DNA of 64,000 nt from Balanoglossus misakiensis (lineage: Eukaryota; Animalia; Hemichordata): positions 13,886,154 through 13,950,153 of the forward strand of contig CM082582.2 of NCBI GenBank assembly GCA_040954595.2, given 5' to 3'. The notes under the pieces were generated by a model. The model had not been told where the DNA came from. It searched no databases and worked only from the letters and a program-made list of their open reading frames with translations. Below, one piece after another: positions 42,701-54,219 of this stretch; position 1 is the stretch's first letter; every line of letters starts with the position of its first letter. Position numbers and translations under genes: made by a program.

Positions 42701-45700
42701 CAGGTATTGTCCGAGACGCGCAGCGTCGAGGACAATACCGAAGCGTACTATGTACGAGGACATAAATCCCGGTATTTTGTGAATAACCTTATTATTATAC
42801 ACCTTTTCCGGACGTCCTTGAGGAACGATAAAGAATAAATAGGCCGCTATCGGACTTTCTAGTTTTCAGACGCCGCCATGATGTAATTTGCATATCGAAC
42901 GCGCCTTCACCTCGCGCATCAGGTGATGCTAGTGGCGAACTGCCTGTCTCACGCGCGACGTTCTACGCTGCGTGCGCTGAGCTCGTTCTGGAACTTGAAA
43001 TGAACGCGCTCGCCTGTTACATGTCACAGATTCCTTCGACTGAAATTTCAGCGTGGATTTTGACTTATTTCGCATCTTGGGTCACCAATAATTTTGTTTA
43101 ATAACGGCTGTGTACTTTTTATATAAATTTTCGTCAGAGTAGGGTTAATATCATCATTGTTTACATTGATCACCAGTCCGAGGACGCGGAGTCCCATAAC
43201 CCTGTGGGTTATGGGACTCCGCGTTCTCATTTGAATAATTATTGTACGGTGATACCGCGAATTATTGTATTACGGAACTCCATAGGTTACAGCAGTAGGT
43301 GTATAATAATAGCCCATAAAATAATGTTTTTTTTTTCATGCTGATGTTTGTGTATTACTTTTGGTATACTCTATTATAGAATGACAAAATTCATATAAAT
43401 GTTGCTGCACTTGATGGATTCATCAGTGGTTTCTTTCGCAACTTCCTATGTTTGATGGTTACTGGCAACACTTGCCACAATGCAAACACATATTTTATAC
43501 AAATCATAGGAGAGACACTTTTGGCCAAAATACATTATATTTATAGACAACAAGTTTTGGTCTGATTTTTTAAAAGTAAGTAACTTGCTATAGAATTCAA
43601 AAATTCAATATTGTGGACAATATCTGTGCATTCTCACAATGGCCTAGCCTGTCACTGTCAAGGCACATATTCTCTCATATTCACCAAAAAGATTTCAAAG
43701 CATTGGTTGGGAGACTCTAGTTTCAGTGTAATTTCACAATAAAAATCTTGTCACATATTATAGCTTGTATTATAATATACCTCATGCTAATACTGTGCCG
43801 TGATTCGCCAGAATCCGTCACGTGATAGGAAAATAGAATCGACTATGAACCGCTAGGGAAATAGCAGAAAAAATATAAACCGGTCACGTGACCAGCGTGA
43901 GTGCGCAGACTCGGTCACGTCAATTAGCGTCGCGTCGTCTGACACAATGGCCACCGCTGAAGATGTCGTCTGCCAACCTCAAGAGAAAATTGCAAGATTT
44001 TCCCAGCTGTTAGCATGAGGTTTATTATAAAACACCTATAGCCTGGCCTATATTCGGGCCATAGCAGCCGTTTTTACCCCCTCGTGACTGTGAGTTACCA
44101 GAATCATAGCATATGATTCTGGTAACTCACAGCCCCTCGGGTGTAATAAACGGCCGCTATGGCCCTCATGGCCAGGCAATAGGTGTTCAATATTCTCTGT
44201 TATTTATAGCGCACTTCAGTATCATCAACCCAGGTGATTCATTCTAACTCAGCCAATCACAATGGACTTACGCCATTACATATAGCGGCAGCACATGGAC
44301 ATGACTCACTAGTTAGTTTGCTCATTAGAAGGGGAGCCAATGTCAATTGTCGTAACAAAACACAGCAGTGTACACCTCTTCATCTGGCTGCTCAGTATAA
44401 TAGACCAGGGGTGAGTGAGTTTTGTTTATTTATTTTAAGACAACATTTCTTTGGATTCTTTATTTAAAAAATGTAGTATATTGTTGACTTGTGTTTGAAC
44501 ATTCATACATATAAGTTGTCTGTTTCTGTTTGGATTCTGTCAATAAGGTGATGAAATTACTGTTGAACCATGGAGCCAAGTGTAACACCAGAGACATGAA
44601 GGGAAACACTCCGTTACATTTTTGTTGTCAGAATGGCCACATGGAACCAGCTGAGTTACTGATTAAGGTAAATGTCCATTTAAACCAACTCACAAAATCT
44701 TGCCAAAAACCCACTGGTTTGATATTTCCAGCAAAATAATATCAGTTTTAGCTCCAATCTATATTATACATGACAGTGATCATTTGTGGCATATGAGAGT
44801 TTATGACTAAGCAGCATCCCCCATGTTTTTTATGCATGTCTCTGTATGTCATCTTCAAAATGGCTTTCCAGAAAAATTACATTTTTGCACTTTTTATGCA
44901 TATACACGTATAATGTATAAAAATAAAGTGACCAACCAGCAACCAAGTCAAGAAAATGCTAATGTTCTCTTGTTTTTACCAGTTTCTGTGACATTACACC
45001 CTAGATCCCTGAGAGTGTGGCAAAGTATTTTGAGTGATTAATGAATTTGTCATGTCCTCATTCTTGAATTCTAGTACATGTATGTGTTGACAGTATTGCA
45101 GTTCTTTGCATTTCAATCGTAGAATTAGACTAAGTAAAACAGTGTTAGCGGTAGGATTTCAAAAGCATTAGCCATTTTGGCTAATAACACCTAAATTCAA
45201 TTAGCCAAATTAGAAATTGATTAGCCATTTTTTCGCAATTTTATCCTGCTTGACGAATAGATTTGTAGACACGAATGTTTACTTCTACTTAAAATAAATA
45301 CAACACAAATGAGATTGTCTGGATTTATTTTTGCTTATAACAACAATACTCATATGGTACACAAATGTTTGTACCATCTCATTTTTACATAACACTTATT
45401 TTCTTACAATGATATGCAATAAAAGGATGATACATCTACAGTGTTTTCTCTTGACCGCGCGATTGCCTAAAAATCATGCAATGCGCGGAAACTGCGCACT
45501 TGCCATTGACTCGAAACATAGACTAAACACATCCAGCAATATACTGAGAACGAGGTCTGTGATAGCGACCTAAGTGCAGGGTTCGTCACTGCTATAAAAT
45601 GTTCACTTTCCCGCAGGACCAGTAAAATGTATAATTCAGTGGTCCTGTGAAATATTTGCTAGTCACGTCAACAAGTCTCATGATTTTCACATTTTTCGTA

Positions 45701-48700
45701 GCAAAGGGAATCTGGAAAGGGATGTATTGAGAGGTATGCATATGGCATGCTGGAAATGAGGCCACATGTACAATTGTTACAGGAGGTACTAAATTTAAAC
45801 CAAACTCAAGCAAGGCACATAATTTAAAAGATGCAACATATAACAAGAACACTAGAATTGAAGCCAAACTAGCAAAGCCAGGTGAGACTTTTGCAGAGAG
45901 AATGAATTCTCAGTTGCTGTTTGTTTTACTCTTGTGGTTGGGTGATTTAGGTGAGTACTTTTGGGTCTACCTACAGATGCCAAAAGACTAACATGGGAAT
46001 TTATCTTTGCTGAAACTACTTTGGCTTTGCAATTGCCTTTATATCAAAAAGAAACTTCCATAACAACCTGTACACTTGACGCGTTCAAGTCAAGGCAGAC
46101 CTAAATGTATCAATTTGTAAGCATAACCCATTCAAAATATGCAAATTAGGAAAAGACGCATATGCGTTCTTTGCGTCCCCAGAGACACATACAGGAAATC
46201 AAGCGAGTGCGGCCACTAGCTGGAAGAGCTGAATTCAATGCATTGCCTTACGATGTTCAAGATATAGGGGGTGATGATCATTGACAGAACAACGCCAAAC
46301 AAAATGGGTGCCGCGAGAAAGCCTGCGTTACGATCACGATCGAAGCTGCCGGTATACCCGGCAAGATCAGGACTTCGCCAAAGTGACGAATTTGGTGCAA
46401 AAAAAATTCGCCAAATTGAATTTCATTTCGCTATAGCGAATTTGGCGAGCGCTAGCGCGAACACTGCAAAAGAAACAAAAGTGTGTCAAACTGAATGTAG
46501 GTGTTTAAGGTGATTGCAAGCTGCAGTAATATCATTGCGCGCATGCAATGTATGTAACTGCTTGATTTGCTACTTTTTTATCTTTGGTAGAATGGTGCCA
46601 GTATTAATGTAACAAACCAACGTGGTAACACACCATTACATGAAGCATCAAAATGGAACCAATTGCCACTTGTAAGCATATTACTTGGAGTAGGAGCCAA
46701 CATTTCAGCTAGGAATAAGGGCCAGCTAACACCACTACAGTGTGCACAGGTGAGGATGTTTCCATGAATATAAATTGAACCTACATGCTGGAGAAATTTA
46801 TTTTCATTTTCATTTAACTATGAATCAGTACAAAGATGTATTTTGCCTGATTACGGTATTGTAAGAACGTAGAAATGATCTTTCAATCAAAGTCATCCAT
46901 GGAGACTGAAATTGTGTTCAAAACATAACCGTTATTTATACAGATGTCATATACAGTTGTATCATGCATTTTTGCAGACCATTGAGCAATTTTTACAAAA
47001 AATTTCAAAGTAACTGCATTAATTGACAGAAAAGTACATGTCTTGAAAGTGTCCATTTTGTGACATCAGTTACAATTAGAGACTGTAATATTAACTGAAT
47101 GTTTTCTTGTTTTGTTTTAGAATGATGAAGTCATTGAAATATTACAAGAAGCAGAGCAGGGTTTCTTTGAATCCAGTGGAGAATACAGCACATCTCCAAA
47201 TAAAAGCAATCTTTCCCGATCTCCAACCAAGTACATCAGCAGCTATTCCAAATCACTTGCCAAAGATATCACAGCAGTTAGCCATAAACAAGATTTGATA
47301 GTCAAACCACAGGTCAAACTGATTTGTAAGTTTTATTTTTGTTCAGAATTAGTTCGACAGATGAGGCTGTGAAGGTACAGCTGCATAGCCAATCCAATGA
47401 CCCTACATGTATCTCCAACATTGCTAATTTTTGCTTTAGCTCACCTTTGATAACATGTTACTGGCTTGGCATTCCACACAGATGGAGAGCAAGAGTAATA
47501 GTGTATCTGCATGCTATGCTGGCATAATATACCCATGAATGTTGTGGAGCAGATAAAACTTGCTGGAGATGTTGATTTCATATCTATAATCACTAAATGA
47601 ATAAAGAATAGTATCTTTCTTGTTCTTGAATGACAATAAGAGTTGGATATGTTTTGATGTCATATTAACATCAAAAAAGGAGTGCATATTCATTTGACAC
47701 CAGGTTCCTGTATTCCAAAGAAATCCACAGTAAAGACAAAGACCAAGACAACACTTGACTCCCCAGACGATTCAAAATGTTTCTAATTTGTTTTCTTTTC
47801 CTGCCACAGCCTATTCTGGTTCACCCACCAGACAGATGACCATGAAAGACATGTTTAAAGCCTTTGAGGAGTCTGATGTCAGTCCAGTACAGCAAATTAG
47901 CCAGCCAGTCCAGAGTTTTGATAGAGACAGTGGACTGGAGAAAAATATCATGAGAGATAGCCATTTAAAAAAAAATGATGAGATGTTGAAACATCAGGTA
48001 AGCATTGCAAAGTTAGAGATATCTAAGATATTGTAAATCAGTTCTGGTAGCCATATAGTACACCCCATGCAGTAGTTCAGAGTGCAGACACAGAAATGGC
48101 GGTTCAAAACAGAAATTTGCATGCAAAACAAGCGGTAAGAGCGGACTAATACTTGACACCATTGGGAACATTTTTTGCTCAAATGGGATCAGATAACACA
48201 ATCAGTGAGGTTAATGTCATCATTTAGCTGCGTAAAGTTTACTTGTTCAGTGTTTGGCAATTTTTGTGAGAAATTTCTTTCCCCATTTGAACACAGAAAG
48301 AGGGCCCTCATTGGCATTACTGCAGACCAGTCTGAAAAAATGGTTTGCCCAAGACAATCAGACAACCCAGTGCAAAAGTTGCTTATACCCGTGGACTGCA
48401 TCAACATGTGCATATAATGACTTGTTTATTGCTTTTTCAACACATTGATTGTCAGACTGTGAAAACTGTAAGTACAGATGAAAGAAGCTATCCACAACCA
48501 ACCACACCAGACCACATAATTGAAGAATGTGAGAAAAGCAAGCAGAGGATGACAAGTTTTGAAAGTGATGGCAGTGAAATCACAGATGAAGAGTGGATCA
48601 CCATGGATGCAGAAGCTGACCAGGAATCTGAAAGCAAATGCACCAGTAGATTTAACTATCCAAGTATAGATGAACATCGTAAGAGTGCAACAGATAACAC

Positions 48701-49052
48701 TTCTGCTGAGCATAATGTTGACATGGATTTTATTGGCGATCATGAGCATCAAGAAACAAAAGTCGAATTTGTACCAGACATTGAAAAAGTTCTTCAGGCA
48801 AAGATGACCATTTCAAGTGAAAAAGTTTGCAATGAAAAGCAAACTGTTCATTCTTGGCAACAGGAGGCACTGCATTGTGAGAGGAAGAATTTAGCAATTA
48901 TGAAGCATACAGACCAGAGCAAGGCCAATCTCTATTCCGATGATCATGACTTTGACCTTGAACTAAGTGGGAGCATCAATGACCTTAATGATGACAATGT
49001 AGACATCAATGAATTAGAAAAGGAGATTCAGGATATTCTGACTGACAACTAG
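30332..49052 (+). CDS. ANKRD27: Ankyrin repeat domain-containing protein 27 (VARP; VPS9-ankyrin repeat protein), 24 coding exons, ~1240 aa
   Basis: Exons 30332-30433, 30636-30755, 31335-31394, 32101-32191, 32952-33029, 33286-33440, 33772-33894, 34287-34494, 34850-34991, 36599-36785, 37388-37518, 38046-38128, 38418-38533, 39415-39507, 39944-40052, 40435-40580, 41347-41487, 42000-42167, 44210-44410, 44548-44667, 46591-46749, 47121-47325, 47810-47997, 48456-49052; all GT-AG, 3723 nt in frame. N-terminus [14 protein letters not shown] and [16 protein letters not shown] match VARP; VPS9 motifs [34 protein letters not shown]; two CHPLCxC motifs; two ankyrin blocks ([29 protein letters not shown]). 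Confidence 0.95.
32952..36785 (+). CDS. ANKRD27: ANKRD27 VPS9-region exons 5-10
   Basis: [56 protein letters not shown]. Confidence 0.92.
36236..36403. mobile_element. 168-bp MITE with 17-bp TIR and 5-bp TSD (hAT5-like)
   Basis: TGTCT|CAGTGTTTTTGCTAAGG...CCTTAACAAAAACACTG|TGTCT; internal GGGAACCCCGGTA sub-repeats. Confidence 0.85.
37388..40580 (+). CDS. ANKRD27: ANKRD27 first Zn motif and first ankyrin block, exons 11-16
   Basis: [11 protein letters not shown]; [14 protein letters not shown]; [16 protein letters not shown]; DNDGNTPLH; [13 protein letters not shown]. Confidence 0.92.
41347..46749 (+). CDS. ANKRD27: ANKRD27 linker, second Zn motif and second ankyrin block, exons 17-21
   Basis: [16 protein letters not shown]; [11 protein letters not shown]; [13 protein letters not shown]; [13 protein letters not shown]; [13 protein letters not shown]. 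Confidence 0.9.
42649..43311. mobile_element. Non-autonomous element: ~144-nt terminal hairpin + asymmetric 15-bp inverted repeat
   Basis: Imperfect palindrome 42649-42792; TATTATTATACACCT (42790-42804) is inverted at 43297-43311; perfect 19-bp stem at 43184-43224; CpG-rich interior. Confidence 0.7.
43770..44187. mobile_element. Second element of the same architecture, opposite orientation
   Basis: TTATAATATACCTCATGCTAA (43770-43790) is inverted at 44010-44030 (1 mismatch), immediately followed by a ~157-nt imperfect palindrome 44031-44187. Confidence 0.7.
45140..46466. mobile_element. 1.3-kb non-autonomous hAT-like DNA transposon (CAGTGTT termini)
   Basis: CAGTGTTAGCGGTAG ... CTAGCGCGAACACTG (13/15 inverted match); subterminal TTAGCCA/TTCGCCA motifs; flanks TAAAA/CAAAA (4/5 TSD match); no transposase ORF. 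Confidence 0.65.
47121..49052 (+). CDS. ANKRD27: ANKRD27 C-terminal exons 22-24 (disordered, acidic tail)
   Basis: Phase-consistent splice sites (ATTT|gtaagt, cacag|CC, CAG|gtaagc, gtcag|ACT); long open frame to TAG at 49052; weak family similarity. Confidence 0.7.
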
Positions 49053-50352
49053 TCTACTTTGTAGATGTAAAATTATAAATTGAAATCAAATTATAAGATA
49101 ATGTATTTACATATTTATAGATTACATTGCTCAATTAAATTTGAATGGCCAGAGTATTTTAAGTAGTACCATACATAGTCTTCAGCATTCAAGCGATCAA
49201 TCTTCAACATTCTTATGTAGTTTCGTTCATATGTGCTAGGTTAATGGAATAAATAGTCTTGTCGTTAACAGTTCAGTAATGTGTTTGAGTCACACTATCT
49301 GCTATTCACATTGTGAATAATCATATTGAATTTATGCAGAATTATAAACTTGTATAAAGTGTAATCACACTACAGTTATATGCACTGAGATATAAATACT
49401 AAATCTGATAAGTTTCTTTATGTCAAGGAATAAAATTGCTCAAAACCTTTGATCCATTGATATTACTACAGGTGTCAATTGTATTTTCACCATGCATCAG
49501 TGATGATCTAGATTTCCGAACTTGCAATATAATTTTTATTTCTTTTTATTAAATATTTAATCATTATCATTTTCAACAACAACAAATTTACGAAGTCCAA
49601 ATATATTTTTATTAGCTTCTGTCTTTCCTGTACAGGTAATAACTTAAAAAGAGTCCTTCACAATATCTGATCTGTTTTTCTACAGTATTAAATCGTTTTT
49701 TTTCATAATTATATTTAATGACTTCCTGTCTGAATAACCCATGTCAATTTTGTTTGATACGAACAGTGAACTGTTCCTTTTGACCAGGTGTGTTTGATTT
49801 ATTATTCATGCTGGTGGCGTCCCGTTGTACAGGTGTGGCGTTTGCAGTGGACCCTCGCTAAACGGCGTCTTATGCCACGCACCTGTGCGTCATCCACGTC
49901 ATCCATGCTTTCAAACGCAACTAACGCAGAACAACCGGGACTTTCAAGAGAGCAACAGCCCGCAGAGCTACGTGATTTTGTCTGACAAGCTAAATTAATT
50001 TCTACAGCCCAGAACCCAAGATAATAAACAGATAAGTAGCCTGTATTTACTAAAATTTGCGCTGCGACTTCTTGTCTTTAGTGGGGAAAAGTTGAAGAAT
50101 TCCGCTTGTAATTTTAGCCAATTTTCGAAAGTGAGAGTTGTTGCGTTTCGGAGTACTCGCTATTGTTCCAAGTTTTGATATGGTTTTCCGCTTAGAACCT
50201 AGCGCGGACGCAAAAGTACGCTTGCACCAAATAAATCGTCTATTAATTAGATGTTTCTGGTGGGAGTTGGGGAGTGGTAGTCGAGAGAAAATAAGGAGCG
50301 AATCTCCAGTTGTTGTGGTAAAACGTGCAATATTTATTGAAGTCCGGGGCTC

Positions 50353-51135
50353 TCATGTTTTCGTGATGTCACGCGTTCGCTTGTCGTTTGCCAGTCGTTT
50401 TCAACATTGAATCGGTGGTTTCCACGTGTGCGTTTCCGCGAGCATTTTTTGCCTAGTTTTATTTCGGCCTCATTTTCAATTTTGGCATTTCTTTCATTTA
50501 TTATTGGCGGTCATGTAATTATCGATTGCAACCAGATTTTGCTAAATTTTAGGTGTAAAAACAGGTACAGAGAGCTCTGTTATCGTTGTGAAATAGTCCG
50601 CTTCTGGTCATTGACATTTCATTCTACTTATGATATATTGATCAAACTGAGGGATAAAGATTGCATACATGAACGGAAAGTATAGGGATACGTCATCAGT
50701 TTCTGCGTGCTGTCTTGAAGGTCATGTTTTGATGGTGTCACGCGTTCGCCTGTCTTTTGCCAGCCGTTTTTAACGTGAAATCGTTTTAGTTTTCATGAGC
50801 AGTTTTAATTTTGCCTAGTTTTGTGTCAGGCTTCATTTTCAATGCTGGTATATCTTTCGTTTATTATTGACGGTCATGTGTTTATCGATTGTAATTAAAA
50901 GGCGCAGAGAGTTTTATTATCGTTGTGAAATGGTCCGTTTATTTTAGTTGTTCTTGTCGTTACATTCTACCTATGATATGTTGATCAAACTGAGAGATTA
51001 TGTTTGCATACGTGAACGGAAGGTATAGCGATACGTCATCAGTTTCTGCGCGTTTTCGTAATGTTTTTATGATGTCTCGCGTTCGCTTGTCGATTGCCAG
51101 TCGTTTTCTAGTTTTGTGCCAGGCTTCATTTAATA
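50353..51135. repeat. Diverged tandem repeat, ~340-370-bp unit, about 2.2 copies
   Basis: tcatgtttt..gtcacgcgttcgc.tgtc.tttgccag recurs at 50353, 50722 and ~51060; gatacgtcatcagtttctgcg recurs twice. Confidence 0.8.
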
Positions 51136-51444
51136 ATAATACTTTCTAAAGCGATATGTTTTCAGAGATGTAACATATAGTGACAATCTAATTTCTTTTG
51201 GTAAGGCATTCCATAAAGTATGTGCGGCATTAAAAAATTGGTGTGAATACTGAGCGTGTAAACCGTTTTTGAACGTAAACTGTGATTAGATCAGAAAGAT
51301 AAGCATATGCTTTATGGAGGAAAATTTTATATAAAAAAAACAAGAATTTTGAAATTAATCCTAGCGTGGATCGGCAACCGATGAAGCTCTCTCTTCACTG
51401 GTGGATGTGTTGGTGCATTTTGTGCGAGTAACTAGACGAGCGTC

Positions 51445-51600
51445 AGTATCAAAAGTTTTCGAAAAGCCTATAAAAGGACAATAAAAGTTGCCACCTTTGC
51501 ATGTTAAATACTTTTGAACACCAGATTGTAATATAAAAATGCTATCTATGGTTAAATATCCTCTACGGAACCCAGCGTGGGCTTCATTAAATTCAAGTTG
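51445..51600 (-). mobile_element. Degenerate LINE (non-LTR) reverse transcriptase fragment
   Basis: Translation EAHAGFRRGYLTIDSIFILQSGVQKYL..GGNFYCPFIGFSKTFD matches the RT segment Q.GFR..ST.D.IF.L...F.DF.KAFD. Confidence 0.75.
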
Positions 51601-52288
51601 CATTTTTTGGCAGGTGGTCGACAGTTTGTAACATGAGGGAATTGTTATTGTGTAGGCGGAAAACTTTATTGTGGATGCTGTTGATGAATTGTGCTTCAGG
51701 CATTAAGATTTCCATGGCATTGCAGTAATGAACTTTACACTTCAATTCTACTAATGCATGTTTTTATAGATCCTTATTCAATTTGAGTGTGTTTTATCAT
51801 AGACCATGTAGCGTCCATGATCGCAGATGAAGATATTTGGATGCTAAATGAAGAGAAGACACAGGTTTTTAGTCAGCATTTTAAGAGTTTATAATGAGAA
51901 TGAAGGGATTGCGTTCAGTCCAGTTTTTTTCTTAAAGCGGCAAAATCGCTTTTTGACCTTTCAATGATATCAAGTATACATTGATTACTCGTATTATGTT
52001 TGTGTTAAAAATTGATGTTGATTTGTAACCATCATTTTCTGTCATACAAAAGCAATCTCTAAACGGTCAAAATGAGTGAATTTTGCTCCTTAATCTGTTG
52101 ATCCAGTGAAAATTAATGACTTTTCGTATGCGTTCCCTTGATCTCACTGGTTACGTGCGCAGAATTGCAATTATGTAAATTAGCACACTTGTCTACTATC
52201 ACAGTTGGAGAGCTTCCCAATTGTTGCAGCCATTGGGAAAACTTCATGACAAGAAGGATTCAGATTAGGACACAGTATGAATTCTCAT

Positions 52289-52898
52289 AGACATACATGC
52301 ATACATGCATACATACATACATACATACATACATACATACATACATACATACATACATACATACATACATACATACATACATACATACATACATACATAC
52401 ATACATACATACATACATACATACATACATACATACATACATACATACATACATACATACATACATACATACATACATACATACATACATACATACATAC
52501 ATACATACATACATACATACATACATACATACATACATACATACATACATACATACATACATACATACATACATACATACATACATACATACATACATAC
52601 ATACATACATACATACATACATACATACATACATACATACATACATACATACATACATACATACATACATACATACATACATACATACATACATACATAC
52701 ATACATACATACATACATACATACATACATACATACATACATACATACATACATACATACATACATACATACATACATACATACATACATACATACATAC
52801 ATACATACATACATACATACATACATACATACATACATACATACATACATACATACATACATACATACATACATACATACATACATACATACATACAT
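52289..52898. repeat. (CATA)n microsatellite, ~610 bp
   Basis: Directly visible. Confidence 0.98.
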
Positions 52899-53379
52899 GA
52901 ACATGTGTGTTTAATGTGTGTTAAAACAATATTACAGAGAGAACAAGTCTGTAACCATTTAACTCAACTATGCTTATTTAACTGTAGCCTAAATGTCCAT
53001 ATGATTCAGTAATTCTAAAAATTACATGTATGCATTGAGGAAATTTTGTTTAGTGAATTGTGCAGTCAAATCAAATTGATTCAATCTAGAAAACTGTTTG
53101 TGCCATTTCAGCCATTTTTTCTAACTTCAATATTAACGTACTAACACACCATTAACTAACTATAACAACTAATACTTTGGCTGGAGTGGTATAAGCAGGC
53201 TATAAGAAACTTTTATTCTTGTGACTATTTCTAGTTTTCATAATGAGCCAGTTAGAAGTATACAGATGAAATTAAGTATTGTATTCTAATTCAATTTAAA
53301 ATAGCTGTATTTCCCAAAACCTGAAAGTGAAGGTCAGGAAAATTACTCATTTCAAATTTTAGGGTACAGAATTGTTCTC

Positions 53380-53555
53380 TATGTATGTATGTATGTATGT
53401 ATGTATGTATGTATGTATGTATGTATGTATGTATGTATGTATGTATGTATGTATGTATGTATGTACGTATGTATGTATGTATGTATGTATGTATGTATGT
53501 ATGTATGTATGTATGTATGTATGTATGTATGTATGTATGTATGTATGTATGTATG

Positions 53556-53586
<31 letters not shown>

Positions 53587-53762
53587 TGTATGTAATGTAT
53601 GTATGTAATGTATGTAATGTATGTATGTATGTATGTATGTATGTATGTATGTATGTATGTATGTATGTATGTATGCAATGTATGTAATGTATGTAATGTA
53701 TGTAATGTATGTAATGTATGTAATGTATGTAATGTATGTAATGTATGTATGCATGTATGTAA
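53380..53762. repeat. (TATG)n microsatellite grading into (TAATGTATG)n
   Basis: Directly visible. Confidence 0.95.
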
Positions 53763-53763
53763 T

Positions 53764-53993
53764 TAGACTAGCCCACTAGTCGCTTGGTGATTTTTAAATC
53801 TCAATACTTTTTGTGTTTTCGGTGGTTTTTTGTCTTAATAAATAATTTCAATACTTTTTGCATGCATGCTTGCCTTAAGCGTGTTTTTGGTAGTGAGGCG
53901 AGTTTCGAATTTGCGACTGAGCTTGTGGTTTCGGGTAGCGTCGACCAAGCTCGACACGTTCCCTACACAGACCATAGACTTGGAGCAAGTCTA
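53764..53993. mobile_element. ~230-bp insertion with TAGACT...AGTCTA termini inside the microsatellite
   Basis: TAGACTAGC / GCAAGTCTA (8/9 inverted match); the TATG/TAATG repeat resumes after 53993. Confidence 0.5.
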
Positions 53994-54219
53994 GTATGTA
54001 ATGTATGCATCTATGTAATGTATGTGTATGTGAATCCCTAATGTATCCTTGTCCGAATTTTATCTTGTCATGAAGTTCTCCCAATGTCTACAATAGTTGA
54101 GAAGCTTTCCAACCGTGATGGTAGATAAGTTTAGCAAATTTTTGGTAATTGTTTACTTGTGTGCTATAATATAACAGAAACTAACAATTGAAGTATAATT
54201 GCTTTAAGTTAAGCAGGAA

